Below, piece after piece: positions 56,465 through 64,000 of a stretch of 64,000 nucleotides of DNA; within the stretch, counting starts at the first letter, position 1, and each line of letters begins with the position of its first letter. The notes beneath the pieces were generated by a model that saw only the letters and a program-made list of their open reading frames with translations, was not told where the DNA came from and did no database searches. The position numbers and the translations under genes were made by a program. Origin of the DNA: Nibricoccus sp. (GTDB lineage: Bacteria; Verrucomicrobiota; Verrucomicrobiia; Opitutales; Opitutaceae); assembly GCA_047602425.1 (NCBI GenBank), contig JASGHG010000001.1:2272001-2336000 (forward strand), written 5' to 3'.

Positions 56465-57996
56465 AAATGATCTGGCATATCATGAAAAAAGATCTTCGCG
56501 CCGTCCGGCTGCTCTGGCTGGTGTGGCTCGGGCTGATCGCAGTGCGCATTCCGTGGCTCGTGTTTTATCTGACGACGGCAAACGAGCGAGCGGTGAAACT
56601 ACTCGAGGTGACGAGCATTTTCGCGTTCATTGCGGATATCTTGCTCGTTTTCATGGTGGTGGGAAATGTTGTGCATGAGGATCCGTTACCGAGCGACAAG
56701 GCGTTTTGGGTGACGCGACCGGTGGGCGCCGGGCAATTGTGCGCGGCGAAGCTGCTGACGCTTGTGGTGGTTTGTGTGCTCAGCCCGCTCGTCTTTCTGC
56801 TGCCAACGTGGGCGGTTTTTGGCGTGGATAGCGTCAATATCGTGAGGCTGCTCGCCTACCATGGCGCGCTCAACGGAGGCGCGATGTTGATCGCGTTGTT
56901 GTTTGCGGTGGTTACGCGTAAGGCTGCCACTTATGCGGTGCTCAGCTTGGTGGCGCTGGCTCTGGTCGGTGTAATAGCGACTACGATTGATTCAGGGTTT
57001 GGCATCAGCGTGGCTCGCCGAGCCGTAGCTTACTGGAGTGCTTTGGGAGCGAGTGTTGTCACGGGTGTTTTTGCTGTGGTGCAGCAGTATCTCACGCGAA
57101 ACACGCGGCGAACCTGGTGTTTGCTGGGCGTTTTAGTAGTAGGCATGGGGCTGATTTTGCCGAGCTCCTCGGGAAAAGGAATTTTTCAGCGGAATGTGAA
57201 ATTGTCGCCGACGGAAATTAAGATGAGGGCGGAATGGAAGGACCAGAAACTCGTTTTGACGACCAAGTCCGAAGGCGTGGTGACGGGGTCGATCCAGGTG
57301 GCCAGCGACAGTCAGGTCGGAAGCATTCGATTGAGGTTTTTGCAGGGGAAATGGATTGACCAGCACGGGCTCTCGGAACCGGTTAAAATGATGGAGGGCG
57401 AGAACCAAGACAGCAGGAATTCGTGGATTGAGCTGAGGGCTATCGATTTTGATGCGAGAGAAAAAACTTATCGGTTTCCGGTCAAGCTGCGCCTGCCGGA
57501 TAACATTACTGACTGGGCATCGCTGGGATTCGACGGTCGCGTTGGCATCATTGGCATGAAGCGTGTCAAAATTACCGAGCTGCCGCTGGCTGCCGGGACC
57601 ACCGTGGCGGCCAACGGATTGCATGCGCGTTTATTGGATCTGAAAAACTATGAAAAGGGTGTGACGGCGGTTTTATTACAGGTGACTCCGTTTACAGTGC
57701 CATATGGTAACGGCAGAATCGTGAATATTGATCCCGCGAAGAAGTGGAGTGTGAGCAGCATCGCATACAGAGGTTCGGGGCTGTTGCTGTGGCTCCAGTT
57801 GCAGCGGTTCAATTTGATGTACGGGAAGCATAGCATGCCTCAAACACCTGAGGAGTGGCGTAAAAACAACGTGGGTCCGCAGATCCAGGAAGCGTTGGCC
57901 GAGCAGGGCTGGCGGATCGAGTGGCGAGAATATGCGCCTACTTTTTACGAGGTATGCGAGCTCAAGGCCGAACGACTTGAAATCGCCAAGGAGTGA
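56461..57996 (+). CDS. ABC transporter permease-like membrane protein with soluble C-terminal domain
   Basis: AAGGAG upstream of the ATG, MKMIWHIMKKDLR, several TM helices, FWVTRPV...AAKLL. Confidence 0.75.
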   Translation: MKMIWHIMKKDLRAVRLLWLVWLGLIAVRIPWLVFYLTTANERAVKLLEVTSIFAFIADILLVFMVVGNVVHEDPLPSDKAFWVTRPVGAGQLCAAKLLTLVVVCVLSPLVFLLPTWAVFGVDSVNIVRLLAYHGALNGGAMLIALLFAVVTRKAATYAVLSLVALALVGVIATTIDSGFGISVARRAVAYWSALGASVVTGVFAVVQQYLTRNTRRTWCLLGVLVVGMGLILPSSSGKGIFQRNVKLSPTEIKMRAEWKDQKLVLTTKSEGVVTGSIQVASDSQVGSIRLRFLQGKWIDQHGLSEPVKMMEGENQDSRNSWIELRAIDFDAREKTYRFPVKLRLPDNITDWASLGFDGRVGIIGMKRVKITELPLAAGTTVAANGLHARLLDLKNYEKGVTAVLLQVTPFTVPYGNGRIVNIDPAKKWSVSSIAYRGSGLLLWLQLQRFNLMYGKHSMPQTPEEWRKNNVGPQIQEALAEQGWRIEWREYAPTFYEVCELKAERLEIAKE

Positions 57997-58008
57997 TCGC
58001 GAGGAACG

Positions 58009-60831
58009 TCAGTTACGCTCCATCAAAGCGTGCAGTCGTGCTTGCAATACGGAGCGGGTGAAGGGCTTGGCGAGGAAGCCGGCGGGTTTGGTTTGGGCGA
58101 ATTTTTCCAACGTGAGTTTTTCGGTGAAGCCGCTCATGAGGATGACGGGGACGGACGGTCTTAACTGTTGCATCGCGACGAAGGTTTCCTCGCCGTTCAT
58201 GCGCGGCATCGTGAGATCGAGCAGCACGAGTTGAAGTTTTTCGGAGTGTTCGCGGAAGCGTTCGACGGCTTCCACGCCGTCGGCAGCGGTGACGGTCGTA
58301 AAGCCAAAGCTTTCGAGCGTTTTTGAGATGACGGTCCGCACGCCCGGCTCGTCGTCGACCACCAGTACGACTCCGGAGCCTCGCCAATTTTCGCTTGTTT
58401 GCCGATCCGGCGCAAAGGGAGGCCGGCTGCACCGCAAATCGGGGAACAAGATTTGGAACGAACTGCCTTGGCCCGGAGTGCTGGATACACGGATGGCCCC
58501 CTTGTGCGATTTGACAGTACCTGCGACCGCGGCGAGGCCCAATCCATGGCCGGTGAACTTGGTGGTATAGAAAGGTTCGAAAATGCGGGCCAGACTTTCC
58601 GGGAGAATTCCACAACCCGTGTCGGCGACCTCAAGCAGCACGTAGGACCCCGATGGCAGCGAGGAGTTTTGAAACTGTGTGCACAGTTCGCCGGTATTCA
58701 GATATTTCGAAACCGTTTTGATGGTGATGCGCCCCTCCTTGTCGCCGATGGCGTCCGAGGCGTTGAGCGTGAGGTTCATGATCACCTGCTGAATTTGAGC
58801 GGGCGCGGCTTTGATGGGAGCCAGCGGATGCGACAATTGCAGGTCGATGACGATCTTTTTCCCGATGGAGACTTGAAAGAGCTGGCGTGTTTCTTTGATG
58901 AGCGCGTTGAGGTCGACTTCTTCGAACGCCAGCGGGCTTCGGCCGGCGTAGGCGAGCATTTGCTGACACAGGGCGGCGGCGCGGGTGGCGGCGTTTTCCA
59001 CCTGGGCTAGTGGTTCGTGAATGGGTGAATTGACCGGCAGGTCGAGGCGCGCTAGGTTGGCATTGCCAAGCATGGTCGCGAGCAGGTTGTTGAAATCGTG
59101 GGCGATGCCGCCGGCGAGAACACCGAGACTTTCGGATTTTTGGATCTGGAGGATTTTGCGTTCCTGTTCGATGCGTTCGGCTTCGGCTTGTTTCTGGCGC
59201 GTGATATCGCGCATGACGATGGAGAGGATCGTCGTGTCGTTGGCTTCGTCGCGATGGGCGAGGGTGACGTGTGAGACGTGGACTTCGCGTCCCTGTGCGC
59301 AATGCAGCGTGAGTTCGCCGTGCGAGGAGCTGGCGCGGAGAGCGGTCCGGATCACTTCGTCGCGAAGAATTTTGGCCGCGGAGTCCTTGAACACGGTTTC
59401 GAGCGGGTGTTGAAACAGTGCGCCGGCGTCCGTGTGGCCGAGCAATTTCAGCAGTGCGCGGTTGGCATATAGAACGTGACCGCTCGCGTCGGCGATCAGC
59501 ACGAAATCGGTGGTAGCGCCGATGATTTCCATCAGGCGCCCTGCCTCGGCTTCGGCAGTTTTGCGCGCGGTGATATCGAGATGGGTGCCCGAAACCTTGA
59601 GCGGTTTACCGCTGGCATCGCGGGCGACAACCGAGCCGCGCGAATAGAGCCAACGCCAGTGATGATCGCGGCCGCGAATGCGATATTCCACATCGTAGAG
59701 GGGAGAACGTCCCTCAATGTGATCCACCAAAGCCTTTCTCATGGACTCGACATCTTCGGGGTGAATCAGTTTTTGCCACGTTTCAAAAAGCGGTTCCAAA
59801 TCTTCCGTCCGATAGCCGAGCATGGCAGCGGAATGTTGGTTTTGGCTGACGTGGCGGGCGGCGATATCGAGGTCCCAAAGGCCGAGTTGTGCTCCCGAGA
59901 TCACCCGATCGAAACGGGCTTCGTTTTTCGCCAGTTTCTTTTCCGCTTCGTTGCGCCGGCTGACAACCGAGCCCAAGCCCAACCCAACGACAGAGACAGT
60001 GAGCTCGAACAAAAGGAAGCTGACGACGGTTGCCGTGTTGCTTCCGACGAGATGCATGCCGATCAGGCTGCCCATGGTGATGGCGAGTGTGGCGAGTGTG
60101 GCACCGCGCAAGCCTTGTTGAAGACAGATCCAGGTGAGGGGCAGGAAGCAGAGATAAAACGCATTGTTGCGGGCGAGCGGTTCCACCGCAAAGACGAGCC
60201 AGATCAGTCCGACGAGGGTCGCGGCCTGGACGGACATCATGGCGACCTCCTTGGAGATGTATTTTTGGTTCGTTGGACGGAAAGCGGGTTTATTTTCCAG
60301 CCATGCGCCCGCAAACACCACCGCAGCCGGAACGACGGTCAGCAGCCCGCTGGCGTCGCCCACCCACCAATTCAAAGCGGAATCCAGAAACGATTCCGGT
60401 CTATTGACTCCCACCAAAAGTAGAAGGCCGGTTCCGGCGATCGCAACGACGGCAGGGCTTCCGACCATGACAACGCCGAAGATCAATGTTTCACGCAAGG
60501 TGCCCGGCAGTAATTTCGTGCCGAGAAAACGCCGGGCGAACCAGGCGGCCCCGGTAAAATTCGCGGTGATCAATGCCGGAAAAATCAACGGTGCCCACCA
60601 CGTGCCGAGACCGGAGGAGGTGCAGATGGCTGTGAGCGCATTGGTGAAAAACACCACCGGCGCATATCGAGGCCCCAGCAAGACCAACAGCGCGAGGGCC
60701 AGGCCGGCGGGAGGATACCAGATTGAAATTCCTGGGCCGACTTCGAAGAAGCGCGCGGAAATATGCGCGGCCAGATGCAAAATCGCATAGGCTGCGCAGA
60801 CGATGACACGCCGTGGGAGCGAAAGATTCAT
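58009..60831 (-). CDS. Hybrid sensor kinase MASE1-PAS-PAS-HisKA-HATPase-receiver
   Basis: SIWYPPAG and WW-GD-GLL (MASE1), two PAS domains, GGIAHDFNNLL, FEPFYTTKFTG-GLGL, VVDDE/LDLTMP. Confidence 0.92.
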   Translation of the reverse strand: MNLSLPRRVIVCAAYAILHLAAHISARFFEVGPGISIWYPPAGLALALLVLLGPRYAPVVFFTNALTAICTSSGLGTWWAPLIFPALITANFTGAAWFARRFLGTKLLPGTLRETLIFGVVMVGSPAVVAIAGTGLLLLVGVNRPESFLDSALNWWVGDASGLLTVVPAAVVFAGAWLENKPAFRPTNQKYISKEVAMMSVQAATLVGLIWLVFAVEPLARNNAFYLCFLPLTWICLQQGLRGATLATLAITMGSLIGMHLVGSNTATVVSFLLFELTVSVVGLGLGSVVSRRNEAEKKLAKNEARFDRVISGAQLGLWDLDIAARHVSQNQHSAAMLGYRTEDLEPLFETWQKLIHPEDVESMRKALVDHIEGRSPLYDVEYRIRGRDHHWRWLYSRGSVVARDASGKPLKVSGTHLDITARKTAEAEAGRLMEIIGATTDFVLIADASGHVLYANRALLKLLGHTDAGALFQHPLETVFKDSAAKILRDEVIRTALRASSSHGELTLHCAQGREVHVSHVTLAHRDEANDTTILSIVMRDITRQKQAEAERIEQERKILQIQKSESLGVLAGGIAHDFNNLLATMLGNANLARLDLPVNSPIHEPLAQVENAATRAAALCQQMLAYAGRSPLAFEEVDLNALIKETRQLFQVSIGKKIVIDLQLSHPLAPIKAAPAQIQQVIMNLTLNASDAIGDKEGRITIKTVSKYLNTGELCTQFQNSSLPSGSYVLLEVADTGCGILPESLARIFEPFYTTKFTGHGLGLAAVAGTVKSHKGAIRVSSTPGQGSSFQILFPDLRCSRPPFAPDRQTSENWRGSGVVLVVDDEPGVRTVISKTLESFGFTTVTAADGVEAVERFREHSEKLQLVLLDLTMPRMNGEETFVAMQQLRPSVPVILMSGFTEKLTLEKFAQTKPAGFLAKPFTRSVLQARLHALMERN

Positions 60832-61139
60832 GATCCAATGATCAGCGTAATCGTCGCAGGGAACCGGCTGGAATGCGGCCTGCCTGCTTGCACGGAGCTG
60901 GGGCGGCGTGAAGCAGCGAAAACGTTGAGGAAATTCAGCATTGGAATTGTGAAGCTAACCATGGTGTCGGTCGAGCAAGAACACCTCGCACGGCATTCGT
61001 CACAACCGCATCACAACTCCACCGTAAAATTAAAGAATCCAGCGGCTTACCCGCCGCGCTGCGCTGGCCACGAGTTACGACAATAGACCCGTCCACAAGG
61101 GTCGCGGACGCAGTGTAAGCTAAAGCGCTGGCCCGCGGG

Positions 61140-62633
61140 TTACGGGCTTTGGTTCTTGCCGTTATGACAATCGGCGCAGGTGAGATCGTCAGGCAGCGCG
61201 TCGGGGTGTTTGAAGGGCTGGCCTTCAGGGGCGAGCTTGCTGAGTTCGGCGCCGGCGCCTTGGGCGAGAATGGTGTGGCAGGCGTTACAATCGCTGGCGG
61301 CGATCTTTTTCTCAGGTTTGCCGACCGCAACGTGTTGATTGTCGTGGCAACGGAAACAGCCAAGCCAGTTTTTGTGGCCGATTTGTTCCGGATACTTGCT
61401 CCAGTCGGCCTTCATGTGCGGGAAGAAATTATCCTTGTAGATAGTGGTTGCAGTAGCGACGGCCTGCTGCACGGACGGTTTGTCGCCGTATTGCTTGCGC
61501 AGGCCGGCCTCGATCGCGGCGAGGGCCTCCGGCTCGGTGGCGTATTCCTTGGTGAGCAAGTCGACGACGTTCCGCTTGATCGCGGGAAGCTTTGAATCGA
61601 GGCGGCCGAGATAGATCGCCTGGTCGACGGCCTCGTTGGGAGGCTGGAAGCGGTGGGCGGGTCGGTTATGGCAATCAAGGCAGTCCATCCGGCGGATTTT
61701 CGCGGGGTCAGGCTGCCCTTTGAATTCGGCGCTCGCATAAACCGTGGCGGTGCCGTCTGGTTTGGTGACGCGGACCCACGGGATTTTCTGGCGTTGCTCG
61801 TCCTCGGCGTAGTATTCGACGACGTTTTCCTTGCTGGTATGCCAGTGAATGCCGGAAACGTGGCCGTGCTTGGCGTCGCCGCCGCCCACGTGAAGGAGCA
61901 AACGGACGGTGAACGGCTTGTTATCGTCGGTAGTGGCGAGCGTGTGCTGATAGGTACGCTCAAGATTGCCGGAGAAGCGCTGCGGCCAATGACATTTTTC
62001 GCAAGTGTCCTGGGCGGGGCGGAGATTGGCGATGGGAGTTGGTACGGGGCGCTTGAAGTCGCCGGTGATGACACCGAGAAGCTGGTGGGCGCCACGCATC
62101 TTGGATTTAAAATAAAAGGAGGCGCCGGTGCCGACGTGACATTCGACACAGGAAACGCGGGCATGGGCGCCGTTTTGATAAGCGACAAATTCGGGCTTCA
62201 TCGTCTCGTGGCAGACCTGGCCGCAGAAGGCGACGGTTTCCGTGAGGTGGTAGGTTTGGTAGCTGCCGAGCGCGGTGAAGAGGAGAAACGTCATCGTGCC
62301 CAAGGCGAACCAGAGGAGGCGCTTGCGGTCGCGTGGATTTTCTAGATCGATGGCGAGTTGTGGAGGCGGCGCTTCGGGATCACGCCGTTGCTGGCGGCGG
62401 CTGAGCCAAGCTCCAAAGAACAGCAGGGCGAGGCCGAGGAGCAGAAAGCCCGGGGCGACGACGTAGGAAAGGATGCCGACGTAAGGGTTGCTGTGATCGC
62501 CGGCAAATGTATCGAAGGCAAAGAGCAGGAGGAAAGCGAAGAAACTGCCGATGGCACAAACGGCACCCGAGAGGCTGATCCAGTTACGCCAAATGGAGCG
62601 TTTGAGGGGAATCGGTGCGGCGGTATTGGTCAT
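61140..62633 (-). CDS. Membrane-anchored multiheme cytochrome c, NapC/NirT-like N-terminal part
   Basis: Three TM helices, then FCGQVCH (CX3CH) and six CXXCH motifs: CVECH, CEKCH, CLDCH, CFRCH, CNACH, CADCH. Confidence 0.9.
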   Translation of the reverse strand: MTNTAAPIPLKRSIWRNWISLSGAVCAIGSFFAFLLLFAFDTFAGDHSNPYVGILSYVVAPGFLLLGLALLFFGAWLSRRQQRRDPEAPPPQLAIDLENPRDRKRLLWFALGTMTFLLFTALGSYQTYHLTETVAFCGQVCHETMKPEFVAYQNGAHARVSCVECHVGTGASFYFKSKMRGAHQLLGVITGDFKRPVPTPIANLRPAQDTCEKCHWPQRFSGNLERTYQHTLATTDDNKPFTVRLLLHVGGGDAKHGHVSGIHWHTSKENVVEYYAEDEQRQKIPWVRVTKPDGTATVYASAEFKGQPDPAKIRRMDCLDCHNRPAHRFQPPNEAVDQAIYLGRLDSKLPAIKRNVVDLLTKEYATEPEALAAIEAGLRKQYGDKPSVQQAVATATTIYKDNFFPHMKADWSKYPEQIGHKNWLGCFRCHDNQHVAVGKPEKKIAASDCNACHTILAQGAGAELSKLAPEGQPFKHPDALPDDLTCADCHNGKNQSP

Positions 62634-62661
62634 GGCAATTTTCGGCTGGTGCTAAAACGTT

Positions 62662-62688
62662 GAAGGGCGTGCTTAATGCCCGCCCTTC
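62662..62688 (-). terminator. Stem-loop downstream of a cytochrome c gene
   Basis: Stem GAAGGGCG...CGCCCTTC. Confidence 0.5.
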
Positions 62689-62713
62689 GTGTATTCAAAT
62701 TATGGTGACTAGG

Positions 62714-63031
62714 TTATTTCTTCAGTGTGCGAATGAAGGCGACCAGACCTTTGACATCGTCATCGGGGAGGTCGCTGAAGGCTTTCATCTTTTCTTTGTC
62801 ACCGTCTTTGACGCCTTCCTTGATGGCCTTGAACATGGCTTCGTCGGTCATCTCGGCTTGGACTTTGGCGTCGGTATAGTCCTTGAGTTTCAGTTTGGCG
62901 CCGACCTTGGTTTTACCGGCACCGTCAGCACCGTGGCATTTGGCGCACTGGGCGGTCCAAATTTCAGAAGCGGGTGCAGCGAAGGCGGAGGTGGCGGCAA
63001 AGGCGAGGAGAGCGAGGGCGAGTTTTTTCAT
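62714..63031 (-). CDS. Periplasmic monoheme cytochrome c
   Basis: Signal peptide, CAKCHGADG, distal Met in KMKAF. Confidence 0.92.
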   Translation of the reverse strand: MKKLALALLAFAATSAFAAPASEIWTAQCAKCHGADGAGKTKVGAKLKLKDYTDAKVQAEMTDEAMFKAIKEGVKDGDKEKMKAFSDLPDDDVKGLVAFIRTLKK

Positions 63032-63083
63032 AGGGAACAGACGTTTTTATCGGGCCTATTAGATGGTTCGTTTTTGGGTCTGC

Positions 63084-63120
63084 AAAACCCCGCGTCATTC
63101 GGAGGAACAAGCGCGGGGTT
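63084..63120 (-). terminator. Terminator-like stem-loop between the two cytochrome c genes
   Basis: Stem AACCCCGCG/CGCGGGGTT ending in TTTT on the minus strand. Confidence 0.5.
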
Positions 63121-63168
63121 GATGCGATTTAAGATGCTATATACGTATCGGATTGTACAGCCGGACCT

Positions 63169-63501
63169 TTATTTTTTCATGGCGCGAATATACGCCACAA
63201 GGGCTTTGGCATCGGCTTCCGTGAGGTCTTCTTTAAAACCTTTCATCAGCTCTTTGCCGTCCTTGGTCGAACCTTCGAGCGTGACTTTCAGCAGGTGCTC
63301 GTCCGTGAACTTCGCTTGCACCGCTGCGTCAGTGTAATCGAGGACTTTGAGTTTCTGCCCCATCTTGGTTTTGCCGGAGCCGTCAGCGGCGTGGCATTTG
63401 GAGCAAAGACTATCCCAGTTTTCCTTGGCCTCGGCGGCGAAGGCTGAAGTGGCGATCAGCAAGCCGACACTGAGGAAGGTGCACGCGATAGATTTTTTCA
63501 T
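63169..63501 (-). CDS. Periplasmic monoheme cytochrome c (paralogue)
   Basis: Signal peptide, CSKCHAADG, LMKGF; aligns with 62714-63031. Confidence 0.92.
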   Translation of the reverse strand: MKKSIACTFLSVGLLIATSAFAAEAKENWDSLCSKCHAADGSGKTKMGQKLKVLDYTDAAVQAKFTDEHLLKVTLEGSTKDGKELMKGFKEDLTEADAKALVAYIRAMKK

Positions 63502-63522
63502 CGGAGTGAATGGGACTGTTTT

Positions 63523-63999
63523 TTAGAAACCCTGCTGGAGCGTGAGGTAGGCGAGGTAGCCGGAGTAGTTGGTATTGCCACCGGTCGAACCAACTTTGCT
63601 GCTGAGATAACCGACTTTGGCTTCGGCGACGAGGTTGTCGCTGAGCTTGCGTTTCACACCGACGGTGACGGTGTAATCGTCCTGGCTGGCTCCGAGAGCG
63701 GTCGTGGCGTAGAGCGGTTCGTAATTGGAGGCCTTGTAACGGGTGTATTGCAGTTCGGCGTTGGTAACCTTGTCGAGCACGACACCGGTAATAGCGCTGG
63801 CGGTCCAGTGGTTGTTGTCGGCGTTGCGGAGAACGTCGTTGGCGGCGCCACCGGCGCGAGGATAGGCGGTGCTGGTGGTATCGAACACTAGATCGACGTT
63901 GGCCTGGGCGTAGAATTGTTTGATGGGCGTCCAGTCGACGGTGACACCGAAATCATGGCTCTTGAAGTCCATGCTCTGGTATTTTTCTTCGAAATCGAC
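63523..63999 (-). CDS. C-terminal part of an outer-membrane beta-barrel, possibly MtrB/PioB-like (5' end outside window)
   Basis: Frame open to the right edge; amphipathic strands; C-terminal YLTLQQGF BAM-type signature; 21 bp upstream of a cytochrome c gene. Confidence 0.65.
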   Translation of the reverse strand, partial: VDFEEKYQSMDFKSHDFGVTVDWTPIKQFYAQANVDLVFDTTSTAYPRAGGAANDVLRNADNNHWTASAITGVVLDKVTNAELQYTRYKASNYEPLYATTALGASQDDYTVTVGVKRKLSDNLVAEAKVGYLSSKVGSTGGNTNYSGYLAYLTLQQGF

Positions 64000-64000
64000 G

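Noticed and set aside
63052..63068. CCTATTAGATGG and the TGTGACAAA at about 53798 as members of the TAWTA palindrome family
   Set aside because: Half-sites only, with no complementary arm.

Overview
GC-rich bacterial chromosomal segment, most likely Verrucomicrobiota/Opitutaceae. This is inferred from a VPDSG-CTERM protein, the style of the TonB-dependent receptors and the LacI type. The window is dominated by plant-polysaccharide utilisation genes: GH74, two paralogous GH30 xylanases with poly-Ser linkers, PL9, GH3, an SGNH esterase, GH35-like, GH43, GH115, GH8, a GPH symporter, LacI and two TonB-dependent receptors. Housekeeping genes are nudC, gpsA, gltBD, a glutaredoxin and an epimerase. 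There are three sensor kinases, a YtrA-type GntR/ABC operon with a frameshift, a divergent ribbon-helix-helix pair coupled to a stand-alone PAS protein, and the 3' part of a porin/cytochrome c cluster at the right edge. No tRNA, rRNA, CRISPR array or transposase was seen. Most notable signals: (1) a family of intergenic palindromes with a fixed TAWTA centre and co-varying arms, including a REPIN-like doublet; (2) a GlyGly-CTERM-like C-terminal anchor on two unrelated secreted proteins, plus a decayed orphan copy; (3) an Arc/Mnt-like divergent RHH switch; (4) a probable porin-cytochrome electron conduit. All product calls come from motif recognition by eye; no database searches were run.
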